64,000 nucleotides of DNA from a bacterium. Its GTDB lineage: Bacteria > Patescibacteriota > Andersenbacteria > UBA10190 > CAIZMI01. Made by a program: the position numbers and the translations under genes. Location: positions 3,878 through 67,877 of the forward strand of contig JAUSJG010000024.1 of the NCBI GenBank assembly GCA_030647555.1, given 5' to 3'. How positions within the stretch are numbered: the stretch's first letter is position 1; every line of letters starts with the position of its first letter. Shown here piece after piece: positions 1 to 9,119 of this stretch. The notes beneath the pieces were generated by a model. That model saw only the letters and a program-made list of their open reading frames with translations. It searched no databases and was not told the DNA's origin.

Positions 1-690
1 CAAACAGAATTACACCAACCAAACTTTCTTCAGCCAAGTAACTATCAATTTTTATTTGTGTTTGGCTAACTTCTACGGCTAAATCGTCCACAACCATTTT
101 TAAAACCGCATCAGGTACAGGGGCGTCTTCGGGAATAAGACTGGCAACAATTTTTTCCTCAGCCCCCTCAAGAAAATTGTCCCCCAAACTTAAAGACTCG
201 GTACCACTGACCACATTTTCATTAAATTCGGCCTGTATCGCATCCGCACTAGCCAACATTGTTCTCAAAATTCCATCAGTAAGCTTAATCGGTCTTCCAC
301 CGCGCATATAATCCCGACCCACAATCTCGGCAGCAAATACTAAATCATTCTGCCAGCTATTTAACAACTTTTGGGCTATTTCATTCGTTATCGTCCCCTG
401 TGAATTTAAAAATTGCAGTTCAGCGACCCGCTCGGCCGCGCTTTCCAAAAATACTTCCGCTCGAAAAGAGCCAATCCCGAAAGTAAAAACATTCTTTTGC
501 ACCCATTCATCAAAATTGTCAAGAAAATAAAAAGGACTTGTCGGCAGAACACCGGCATCGATGGTTAAGATTGGCGAACCAATTATTGTTGTTACGGCCA
601 CACCTGTTTGCGCAAAAGCTTGCGAACAAGAAAACAAAACCAGCAACAAAAACATTATCGGCAAAAATAACGTCTTTATTGTTTTTCTCA
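1..690 (-). CDS. hypothetical secreted protein, 3' end runs off window start (absent from ORF track because there is no in-window stop)
   Basis: Reverse-strand ATG at 690..688 opens a long frame to position 1. The N-terminus MRKTIKTLFLPIMFLLLVLFSCSQAFA is signal-peptide-like. The overlapping + ORF 538..738 is probably spurious. Confidence 0.45.
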
Positions 691-740
691 TCAAATACAT
701 TTTTGTTTTATTTAGCTAATTCTACCACACACCAATAATA

Positions 741-1385
741 CTATCCCAAATTAAAAGTACCGGAAATTATTGCGTCAGCGATTACTTTACCCCACCCCTC
801 CATACGATCTCGAAGTTCCGGAAGTTCAACGGGCGTTAAAAATTTACACTGATCATATTCATCATTATTGGGTGCCAGACTCACTTTGTCCGCCCGAACA
901 AGAACCTTATAAATTAAACCCAAATGAACGCGATCAAGCGCCGTTTCTTCGTACATCACAATTCCTGTCGGCACAGGCTTCGGAGAAACTTGAAAAGACA
1001 ACTCTTCGGAAAATTCACGCAAAATCTCATTATTAAAATACTGTTGATCACCAAAACAATCAGTTGGCTCTAAGTGTCCACCGGCCGCCAGACCGATTTT
1101 ATTATTATGGCGCGTCTCTTTAAATTCTCCATTCACACTTTGACGCTCTTTCCGCCAGAGTCCCAAAATACGACTGCCATCGGAAACCACCCCATATACT
1201 ATTGCCTGCAAAATCGTTTCGTCGTCTTCAACATCTTCTCGGGAAAGAAATTTCCCATTTTCACTGAAACACTTCGTGGCTTTACTGAAATAATCAGCGT
1301 TTACGGAAAACCCCTTAGGAATATTGCCCCCAAACACTTCTTCTAATTCCTTCCGCTTAATACATAGAACCAGTTTTTTTGACAT
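741..1385 (-). CDS. Nudix-like hydrolase (divergent Nudix box)
   Basis: GGHLEP...REFSEELSF resembles the REx2EExG Nudix helix, but the full GX5EX7REUXEEXGU motif is imperfect. Confidence 0.35.
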   Translation of the reverse strand: MSKKLVLCIKRKELEEVFGGNIPKGFSVNADYFSKATKCFSENGKFLSREDVEDDETILQAIVYGVVSDGSRILGLWRKERQSVNGEFKETRHNNKIGLAAGGHLEPTDCFGDQQYFNNEILREFSEELSFQVSPKPVPTGIVMYEETALDRVHLGLIYKVLVRADKVSLAPNNDEYDQCKFLTPVELPELRDRMEGWGKVIADAIISGTFNLG

Positions 1386-1420
1386 AGAAGTATCTTAGTA
1401 CATAATCAAGTCTCATAAAA

Positions 1421-1562
1421 GTGAAAATTTGAAATTTACAATTTTTAATTTGAAATCAATTTGAAAGATACAAATTTGAAATATCTATTACCGAGTTTTC
1501 AAATTAAAATATTAAGTTATTTCAAATTGATTAAAAATTTCAAATTTCAAATTAAAAATTTG
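1421..1562. repeat. palindromic TTGAAAT/ATTTCAA-rich element, copy A (MITE/REP-like), terminal inverted repeats tttttaatttgaaat / atttcaaatttcaaattaaaaa
   Basis: The same termini and several internal TTGAAA/TTTCAA units recur at 8548..8686. The right arm overlaps the stop of the thermonuclease gene. Confidence 0.6.
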
Positions 1563-2085
1563 TAGCCCCAGTTGCCACCCTCAATCTTTCCTCATACCTA
1601 ATATTCGGTTCTATCGTCATCAATACGGCCACTCCCGCTTTCAGCAATTCTTCATTCACCATTTTTCCGTCCACCCAAACATACGCCAGCGTTCTTCCGT
1701 ATTTATCGAATTCTTCCACGTCTTTTTCCAAAATTACTTTTTTTCCTAATACTAATTGCTGATTAAATTTTCGTGCCTCTATGGCTGTAATATTATAATC
1801 TGCTGTTTTCTTGTTTTCACCCGACCCTAACTCCGGAGTATCGATTCCGATATAACGCACATGTCGTCCATCTTGCAGAATAATCGTATCACCATCAATT
1901 ACGTATGTTGCTAAGACTTCCTCAAAATTATTTCCTACTGCTTCCGCGCTTGGCGCAGGAGTAGTTTTTTCTTTTTGAGCAACTGGTTGGTAAATTTGGG
2001 GTTGTAATGAATTCGCCCAAACCAAACAAACAGCCAAAAACACCGCAACGACCATCACGACTAACCAATACTGATACTTACGCAT
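1552..2085 (-). CDS. thermonuclease (staphylococcal nuclease-like), membrane anchored
   Basis: VIDGDTI...RYIGIDTPE motif typical of the SNase fold; N-terminal TM segment. Confidence 0.8.
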   Translation of the reverse strand: MRKYQYWLVVMVVAVFLAVCLVWANSLQPQIYQPVAQKEKTTPAPSAEAVGNNFEEVLATYVIDGDTIILQDGRHVRYIGIDTPELGSGENKKTADYNITAIEARKFNQQLVLGKKVILEKDVEEFDKYGRTLAYVWVDGKMVNEELLKAGVAVLMTIEPNIRYEERLRVATGATNF

Positions 2086-2092
2086 AATTTAT

Positions 2093-3103
2093 TTATTTAA
2101 GTGAGGCGATAACTTTTTTCAGTGATCCGCGTGCCAACCCAACAACTTTATCCGCCCCACCGTAATACATTAACAATTCGTCGCCACGCAACACTAGACC
2201 TTCCGGAAAAACAACACGCGGCACAATTCCTTCTTTTTCATATTTCTCCACCGGTTCAAAGGAGGGTTCAAAACTCCGACCCAAAACGCGCGATAGGTCT
2301 TTAAAATCCAAAAGCAAAAAACCCGCGCGGTAAACATTGTGGTGATCCGATCCATGATACAACACCAACCAACCTACATCTGTTTTTATCGGTGGCGCGC
2401 CGGTACCAATCCGGCGTTCATCCCAAAGCCCCGGTCGCGTATGTGTCACTTTTTCGTGCCCGTCCCAATCAACCAAATCATCCGAATAGGCCACCCAAAT
2501 ATCCGGTGGCAAGCGATGCAAAATCGCAAACTTGCCATTTACTTTCTCCGGAAAAAGAACGGCGTCTTTATTATCCATCTCCGGCAAAATCACCCCATGC
2601 CTCGAAAAACTTTTAAAATCTTTAGTTACCGCCAGCGAAACACGTACCCGCCACGGCTGATCCGGACCAAGCCATGGAGGCAATGGTTCGCCAATCTTAT
2701 ATTTGGATGCCGCGGTGTAGGTCATATAAAATTGCCCGTCCACACAAGATAAACGAGGGTCTTCAACACCTTTTTCTTCAAACTCATTATTTTCATCAGA
2801 TTCAAAAATTGGTTCCGTTGATCGATAATCGATGTGTTCACCGTTTTTTGTCCGAGCATAACCAAACCTACTAATGCCATCTTTGCCAATTGCGCGATAA
2901 ACAAGATGAATTATCCCGTCTTTATCTTCGGCCGCCGCAGGATTAAACACCGCTTCCGACTCCCACCAAAGATCCGTGGGCTTTAAAATTGGATTTGAAT
3001 TGGCACGCGTAAACAGGTCCGTCGCCTTCGACGAAAACGACTTAAATAAAATTCGCGCTGACCCAGTTTTTTTATCTGTTTTAAAGTTCGTAGTTTCTTC
3101 CAT
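2093..3103 (-). CDS. GH130/DUF377 family glycosidase or phosphorylase (beta-mannoside phosphorylase-like)
   Basis: NPILKP...WE..AVFNPAA..DGIIHLVYRA, EDPRL and GQFYMTYTA motifs match the GH130 pattern. Confidence 0.6.
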   Translation of the reverse strand: MEETTNFKTDKKTGSARILFKSFSSKATDLFTRANSNPILKPTDLWWESEAVFNPAAAEDKDGIIHLVYRAIGKDGISRFGYARTKNGEHIDYRSTEPIFESDENNEFEEKGVEDPRLSCVDGQFYMTYTAASKYKIGEPLPPWLGPDQPWRVRVSLAVTKDFKSFSRHGVILPEMDNKDAVLFPEKVNGKFAILHRLPPDIWVAYSDDLVDWDGHEKVTHTRPGLWDERRIGTGAPPIKTDVGWLVLYHGSDHHNVYRAGFLLLDFKDLSRVLGRSFEPSFEPVEKYEKEGIVPRVVFPEGLVLRGDELLMYYGGADKVVGLARGSLKKVIASLK

Positions 3104-3236
3104 TTACATCTTCAGGATGCCACAAAAATAGTATTCTGAAAAACACGACATTACTACCTTGCTGTTACACAAACTTGACAAATAAATGTGCCTAGTGTAT
3201 AAGAACTCCTTAATATATTTTTATTAAACCATCGGC

Positions 3237-4676
3237 ATGAAAACATTACAGATGAAGAAATTGGAACAAAGCAAGAATCTACTTATTAGTGGGGCGTTTT
3301 CCATTATTTTGGCGTTATTTGCCTTTGGAGCAAAAGCAAATAACTGCACGGAAAACGTACTAAGCATCGAAAATGTTCTCAATGGGGTGCAAAACAATCA
3401 AATAAGCATTTCCTTAACACCGAACCTCGGCGAAAACACTGCTACTGCGGTAATCTCGAATCGTGCTTGTGGCACAATACCGGTTAGTCTTTCCTCTTAT
3501 ACGATGATTGAGCCATACACTACGCGTGTTTCAACACAAGTATTCTTTGCCGGATCGGCATTAACAAACGTCCTTCCGGGCGAAACAAAATCACTTACAG
3601 TTGCGATAGCGAATTGTGCCACGCAAGTTGATTTCTGGTACGGACAATTTCCAACCCATTTACAGGATAATCATTCTTACGCCGATGTGTACCTTGCGGC
3701 TATTTTGCCCCGATCTGGCAACTGGTGTCCCGTCGCTACTCCAACACCGACGCCAACACCCGTTCCCGCGGCCAAACAATGTGCCAACGGTATCGATGAC
3801 GATGGTGACGGAAAAATAGATGTTGCTGATTCAAGTTGTCATACCGATTTCAATCCGGCCAACCCTGGGAGTTATGATCCAACTATCAACGACGAAGGTC
3901 GTGGTGGTAATGGCACTTGTAACGATTCCCGTGATAATAACGGCAATGGTTTAATTGATGGTGCTGACCCAATTTGTCACACGGATGGCAACGTGGGTAA
4001 CCCAAATTCATACGATGGAAATCGTAATGAAACAGGAACAACCGTAACTCCAACTTCTACTCCTACTCCAACTTCTACTCCTACTCCAGCAAACAACGTT
4101 ACAACAGTTACCGATCAAAAAATTACGGTTGTTGTCGCTGCGGATTCTTCCAAGAATGCAAAAGATAATATCGAATTTTCGAAAACTGATGATCGCGAAA
4201 CGGTTAAACAAGGAGAAACTTTAACCTACAAACTCCGTGTTCGAAACAACAGGGACAACGACATTACAAATGTAAAAATTGTTGATCGCTTACCAAGCTA
4301 CCTCATTCCATTTGCCACACAACCAACCGCACGCGCCGACGCAAAAAGCAGAACCATTACTTGGGACAACCAAACAATTTCCGCTAATTCCGAAGTAACA
4401 TTCTCATTACGTGTAAGAGTCGACTTGGATGCCCCGAACGGCTATTTGATTCAAAATTCCGCCATTGTTAACGGTGACGGGATAAGAGGTAACGCGACCG
4501 ATGCCACATTGATTCAAGGTATCGCCCCGCAAATTGCCAGCGCTTCAATCGCCCCAATCACGGCCGTACCGGTCACAGCCAAAACGGGATTACCTTTTGA
4601 TACATTTTCAATGTTACTCTCGTTGTCTGGAAGTCTAGCTACAGCCGGAACGCTAATAACAAAACGCTTTATCTAA
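3237..4676 (+). CDS. cell-surface protein: signal peptide, PT linkers, two Cys-flanked DxDxDG calcium-binding (dockerin/EF-hand-like) repeats, DUF11-like domain, C-terminal sorting signal
   Basis: N-terminal signal. TPTPTPTP linkers. CANGIDDDGDGKIDVAD and CNDSRDNNGNGLIDGAD repeats. C-terminal AKTGLPFDT, then hydrophobic stretch, then KRFI. Confidence 0.7.
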   Translation: MKTLQMKKLEQSKNLLISGAFSIILALFAFGAKANNCTENVLSIENVLNGVQNNQISISLTPNLGENTATAVISNRACGTIPVSLSSYTMIEPYTTRVSTQVFFAGSALTNVLPGETKSLTVAIANCATQVDFWYGQFPTHLQDNHSYADVYLAAILPRSGNWCPVATPTPTPTPVPAAKQCANGIDDDGDGKIDVADSSCHTDFNPANPGSYDPTINDEGRGGNGTCNDSRDNNGNGLIDGADPICHTDGNVGNPNSYDGNRNETGTTVTPTSTPTPTSTPTPANNVTTVTDQKITVVVAADSSKNAKDNIEFSKTDDRETVKQGETLTYKLRVRNNRDNDITNVKIVDRLPSYLIPFATQPTARADAKSRTITWDNQTISANSEVTFSLRVRVDLDAPNGYLIQNSAIVNGDGIRGNATDATLIQGIAPQIASASIAPITAVPVTAKTGLPFDTFSMLLSLSGSLATAGTLITKRFI

Positions 4677-4694
4677 ACGTCAGATTCAAAAAAA

Positions 4695-4728
4695 AGCACC
4701 GTCCGACAAAGGCGGTGCTTTTGTGTTA
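4695..4728 (+). terminator. rho-independent terminator (agcaccg-loop-cggtgct + TTTTGTGTT), A-run upstream makes it potentially bidirectional
   Basis: Hairpin gcaccgtccgacaaaggcggtgc followed by a T-tract directly after the stop at 4676. Confidence 0.7.
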
Positions 4729-4821
4729 TGGAGAAAGAGAAATGACTTTTTTTTCACATATAATAAACTCCAAATATGGCTTCATTGACATTTATTTGGT
4801 TTTGGTGTAGAATAACCCCTT

Positions 4822-5559
4822 ATGTTTTCTACATCAGCAACCCTAATTCACGAAGAAAGAGGGCCGGTAGTCTCGGCAAACCTTTTTTTGACGATCTTGC
4901 CCATCATTCTTTTTGTGGCGTTTATTGCCGGTGCCACCACCTTTTTGTTTGGTCAAGACCCGCCCGCCACGACGAACGAAAGACACGCAAAACTCCCGGT
5001 TGCGGGCGATCGCTTTATCACCGGCAGTCAGTTGAAAGCGGTAGCCGGCATACCATTAGTCGCTTATGCCGCAAAACCGACTAATCCTCTCACAGCGGTC
5101 AGAACCGCTGAAGATGGTAATTGGGTGAGAATTCCCGCTCTGAAAGTAAACGTTCCCGTGTCTGAAGCCATGTCCATGCAAGACAAAGACGTTCTGAATA
5201 CGCTCGCCACCGGTGTTGCCATGTATCCCAACGGCGTTCATCCCGGGGAAAACGGCAATGTGTTTATCGCGGGCCACAGTACCGGCGAACCATGGAAGGG
5301 GCCGTACCGTTTTGCATTTATGAATATTAACAAACTTAAACCTGACGATACAATTCTCATCGATTATAACGGCAATCGTTACACTTACGTGATTACCGAC
5401 TCGCGCATAATTAATCCCCAGGATACGCGTTTCATCGAATCAACAGGATCCGCGCCCACTCTTTCCCTAATGGCCTGCTGGCCACTTTGGACCGCAAAAA
5501 ATAGAATGATCATCGAATCGAAACTTGTGACAATTAACCCATTAATTATTATTAAATAA
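4822..5559 (+). CDS. sortase family transpeptidase (class E/D-like), membrane anchored
   Basis: FIAGHS His motif, TLSLMACWP (TLxTC-like catalytic Cys) and a downstream conserved Arg (NRMIIE). N-terminal TM segment. Confidence 0.75.
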   Translation: MFSTSATLIHEERGPVVSANLFLTILPIILFVAFIAGATTFLFGQDPPATTNERHAKLPVAGDRFITGSQLKAVAGIPLVAYAAKPTNPLTAVRTAEDGNWVRIPALKVNVPVSEAMSMQDKDVLNTLATGVAMYPNGVHPGENGNVFIAGHSTGEPWKGPYRFAFMNINKLKPDDTILIDYNGNRYTYVITDSRIINPQDTRFIESTGSAPTLSLMACWPLWTAKNRMIIESKLVTINPLIIIK

Positions 5560-5563
5560 TAAT

Positions 5564-6886
5564 ATGACAATTATTCAAAAAACTTTAACCGGCCTTTTTG
5601 TACTTATGTTGCTTTTTGATACTGCACCTGCTTTTGCGCAAAGCCCGGATCCATTTGGCAATCGCGCCCAGGCCGATACTTCTATTTCCTATAGCCCCCC
5701 GGCTATTTATGTGACAAAAATAAACCTAGAGCCAATATCCGCTACCAATGAAATTAAAGGGAAGTTTATGGTATGGAACAACGACAAAGAAACGATCGGC
5801 GGACTGCTTTATCGCATCGACTTACTTGATCCGCTTCCGGAACCCGATCCCAACACCGGCAGTGTGGAAGATAATTCAGCACTTTATGACCGTTTTGTTT
5901 CAAGCGACCAATTTTCGCTTTCGCCAAACGAACGAAAAGAAATCGCTTTCTCCTACAATCCGCCGGCATTACCGGAAGGAAAATATCGCATTCAAATTAC
6001 CGCCACCAATTCCCGTGGTCGCGATATGGGCTGGTGGAACGAGGACGTTTCTCTGTCCAGTCAAAAAACGGGTTTTATTAAATTAGTTACGGGTCCATTG
6101 CTTTCGCCGGAATATCCTGACCGAAAATTCCCCTCACAAGCCGGACCAAATATTACGCCCGGAAAGTATATCAATCTAAATGTTTCCGCGCTAAATAATT
6201 TCGAAACGCCGGCAAATATTATTCCTGTCCTCTATATTTATGAGTTCGATATCGCGCGCGGTCTATTTGATAAAATTAAAATTCCTGCGGTAAAAATTCC
6301 TGCCGGCGATGCAAAAAATATCAGCTTTCCTTTACAAGTTGCATCCAAACCAGGTGTTTATTACGGCCTCCTGACACTTGAAGATTTCACTTCGAATCAA
6401 AAAGTATCTAATCTCGCCGAATACCGCTGGGTGGTAAAAGGCGAACACGCGGAAGTAATTTCGATGCGAATAATTAAAAACGCGACAAAAAAAGACCAAG
6501 AAATGATGGTGCGTGTCGATTTGGTAGGATCAGCCGATGCTTTTACAAAAACAAAAGTTGATCTGAATGTTGCCATCAAAGACAGCGATGGAATTGTCGG
6601 CAACATCGACGTCAAAAGCGCGGAACTGACGGATGGCGTCGCCACGACGCAAGGCCCAATTAAACTAACGCGCGATCTTAAGAATAACTCTGAAATTATT
6701 GCGACCATCAAAGATCAAAAAGGAAATCAAATTGATCAATATATTATTCCATTGACTGAAAATTCGACTCCCACAATACCACCAAAGTCTTACAAATCAA
6801 TACAGATCGGGGTCGCAATAATTCTATTGGCTGGAGCGGGATTATATGGCATAAAAAACATTTTCAAGAAAATAAAAAAGATGTAA
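5564..6886 (+). CDS. secreted/cell-surface protein with C-terminal TM anchor and basic tail
   Basis: Signal peptide ending AFAQ. C-terminal IGVAIILLAGAGLYGI + KNIFKKIKKM. Confidence 0.55.
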   Translation: MTIIQKTLTGLFVLMLLFDTAPAFAQSPDPFGNRAQADTSISYSPPAIYVTKINLEPISATNEIKGKFMVWNNDKETIGGLLYRIDLLDPLPEPDPNTGSVEDNSALYDRFVSSDQFSLSPNERKEIAFSYNPPALPEGKYRIQITATNSRGRDMGWWNEDVSLSSQKTGFIKLVTGPLLSPEYPDRKFPSQAGPNITPGKYINLNVSALNNFETPANIIPVLYIYEFDIARGLFDKIKIPAVKIPAGDAKNISFPLQVASKPGVYYGLLTLEDFTSNQKVSNLAEYRWVVKGEHAEVISMRIIKNATKKDQEMMVRVDLVGSADAFTKTKVDLNVAIKDSDGIVGNIDVKSAELTDGVATTQGPIKLTRDLKNNSEIIATIKDQKGNQIDQYIIPLTENSTPTIPPKSYKSIQIGVAIILLAGAGLYGIKNIFKKIKKM

Positions 6887-6999
6887 TAAATATTTTAAAT
6901 CGAGTTGACATAAATATCTAATTGTTGTCTGACATAAACATACCATTGACAAAAATAACCATATAAACTATGTTTATCCGTTAACTAATAATTATCTAT

Positions 7000-8436
7000 A
7001 TGACCGATTTAATCAAAGGACGGTTGCAAAAAACAGTACTGGTCGCAGGAATATTGCTTTTTGTAATCGGACTCGTCTCGTTTAACATTAATAACGCGAA
7101 TGCCGCCGGTAGCGGTAATGGCATTGAAGTGCTTTCCCCTGTTACCGCAGGTGCTGTGCGTAGCAATTTTTGGAATTTTGTTGGTAACGCCCAACCGGTA
7201 GTACAAGTTTTTGTAAACCAACCGACGCATAACGCGCCGGCCGGCACTTACGAAAAGACCAATGTTCCCTACGCTTATCGCGTGGACTGGATCGCTTGCG
7301 CCAACAAATTTGCCGTCGCGCGTGCGATTGTCCGTTATGACAAAAATGGTGGCCGTCAATCGACATTACAAGGCGAAAACAGTAATTGGCAGGTACTCGA
7401 AGACAATGTGATCAATGATGTAAATTGTGGTGGTTACGCTTGTATTGCAACACGCAGTTTCTCGGGCAACTATAATCTCTCCGGGTTAGACGCAAGCGCC
7501 TGTAATACTACGATCCAATTCGTCGTCAAATGGAATTGGTCCGAATGCGGATTACGCGGCGACTACACACCGACCAGTTCTGTCGATGCCGGTGATGCCC
7601 TCATCGCGAAAGGTCAAGCGCACGCGGTCAACGTTTGGGTGAACTTTGTTTGCCCAACGCCAACGCCTGTCCCGACGCCTACACCTACGCCAACGCCGGT
7701 TCCTACACCTACTCCAACACCTACACCAACACCTACGCCTACGCCTACACCAACACCTACGCCTACGCCTACGCCTACGCCTACGCCTACGCCTACGCCG
7801 GTTCCTCCAACCCCAACTCCTACGCCGGTCCCACCGACACCAATGCCACAAAACAATGTGCAAGTGGTAACGGAACAAAAGATCGTTGTCGTTGTCGCTG
7901 ATACGAAGAAAGAAAATAAGAACAATATTGAGCTTTCCAAGACGGATAATCGCGAAACGATTAAGCAAGGTGAAACTTCGACCTACAAAATCTCGGTGCG
8001 TAACAATCGCGATTCCGATATCACAAATGCTAAAATTGTTGACCGACTTCCATCTTATCTGATTCCCTTGTCCACAAAACCAAATGCTTCCACGAACGAA
8101 TCAAATCGTACCATCACTTGGGACCACCAAACGATTTCCGCAAACTCTGAAGTAACCTACGCGGTAAAAGTCCGAGTCGCGCTCGACGCTCCAAAAGGTT
8201 ACCTTCTGCAAAACGTCGTTATCATCAATGGCGATGGCATTCGCGCCACTGCGGTTGACACAACCCTCATTGAGGGAATTGTGCCCCAAATCGCCGCCGC
8301 GACGATTACGGCGCCAATACCGGTACCGGTCAGTGCGAAAACAGGACTACCGTTCGACACAATTTCAATGCTTCTTTCCTTCTCCGGTTCAGTCGCAACA
8401 GCGGGAACACTGATCACGAAGAAACTGATTAAGTAA
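7000..8436 (+). CDS. cell-surface protein with ~65-residue (PT)n linker, DUF11-like domain and the same C-terminal sorting signal as the 3237..4676 protein
   Basis: Long PTPTPT run. The DUF11 segment is paralogous to 3237..4676 (KIVDRLPSYLIP, RTITWD.QTISANSEVT). C-terminal AKTGLPFDT, then hydrophobic stretch, then KKLIK. Confidence 0.7.
   Translation: MTDLIKGRLQKTVLVAGILLFVIGLVSFNINNANAAGSGNGIEVLSPVTAGAVRSNFWNFVGNAQPVVQVFVNQPTHNAPAGTYEKTNVPYAYRVDWIACANKFAVARAIVRYDKNGGRQSTLQGENSNWQVLEDNVINDVNCGGYACIATRSFSGNYNLSGLDASACNTTIQFVVKWNWSECGLRGDYTPTSSVDAGDALIAKGQAHAVNVWVNFVCPTPTPVPTPTPTPTPVPTPTPTPTPTPTPTPTPTPTPTPTPTPTPTPTPVPPTPTPTPVPPTPMPQNNVQVVTEQKIVVVVADTKKENKNNIELSKTDNRETIKQGETSTYKISVRNNRDSDITNAKIVDRLPSYLIPLSTKPNASTNESNRTITWDHQTISANSEVTYAVKVRVALDAPKGYLLQNVVIINGDGIRATAVDTTLIEGIVPQIAAATITAPIPVPVSAKTGLPFDTISMLLSFSGSVATAGTLITKKLIK
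7663..7850 (+). repeat. in-frame tandem hexanucleotide repeat (acgcct/acacct)n encoding the PT linker
   Basis: Near-perfect CCTACG/CCAACA hexamer repeats. It generates spurious poly-GV, poly-R and poly-YA ORFs on other frames. Confidence 0.8.
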
Positions 8437-8488
8437 TTCGTCGTCTTTGCGAGGCCTTTCATGGCCGAAGCAATCTCCCGTTTCAAAG

Positions 8489-8518
8489 AACAACCCCGCG
8501 TAAATCGGGGTTGTTTTA
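8489..8518 (+). terminator. rho-independent terminator after the surface protein gene
   Basis: aacaaccccg-cgtaaat-cggggttgtt stem (10 bp) followed by TTTTAGTTT. Confidence 0.65.
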
Positions 8519-8547
8519 GTTTATGATAATTTATACTTCCTTTACGC

Positions 8548-8686
8548 TAATTTTTAATTTGAAATTTGAAATTTTTAATCAATTTGAAATATCGTAATAG
8601 CTTAATTTTAAAAACGCGGAATTATTTCAAATTTATTTATTAAAAATTGATTTCAAATTACAAATTTTAAATTTCAAATTAAAACC
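8548..8686. repeat. palindromic TTGAAAT/ATTTCAA-rich element, copy B
   Basis: Same terminal inverted repeats as copy A. Lies between convergent genes. Confidence 0.6.
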
Positions 8687-9119
8687 ATATAAATACCTTG
8701 CCGATCCTTTACTACTATTTTTACTACCAGAAACAAAGCGGGGAATGTCTATTTTGCCCGTTTCCATTGACACGCCGTGAAAGAAATCCTTGCCATATCC
8801 TGTACTACCTATAGAATTAAGCGCATCGTTCTTTCATTGGCGCAAATAATATTCGAATTACCGACAAAACTATTTGGGGGCGGGCTGTTGCTGGAAAAGA
8901 GATAATTAGAAACAAAGCAAGAACATCTATTTTTTAGACAGAGTGTTTTGTGTTCTAAGGGACCTCAACTTCAACAATAACCCCCGTTGCTGTACGAATT
9001 TGCGATGGTAGCTGGAGGGCTTGCGGAAAAAGATATTTTTGCGAGGGTAAATTGCTCTTTTGAGTTATATAGGCACATAAAGTCAAGGACGCTTGGCTTT
9101 TTGTGCTGTTCGTTCTATC

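Noticed and set aside
538-738. 66-aa + ORF
   Set aside because: Overlaps the 5' end of the better-supported minus-strand secreted-protein gene (1..690).
7552-7968. ORFs encoding poly-Arg (7552..7968 -), poly-GV (7614..7940 -) and YAYAYA (7635..7901 +) peptides
   Set aside because: These are frame artefacts of the (PT)n hexanucleotide repeat inside the 7000..8436 surface-protein gene. The repeat is also not a CRISPR array, since it has no spacers and is in-frame coding.
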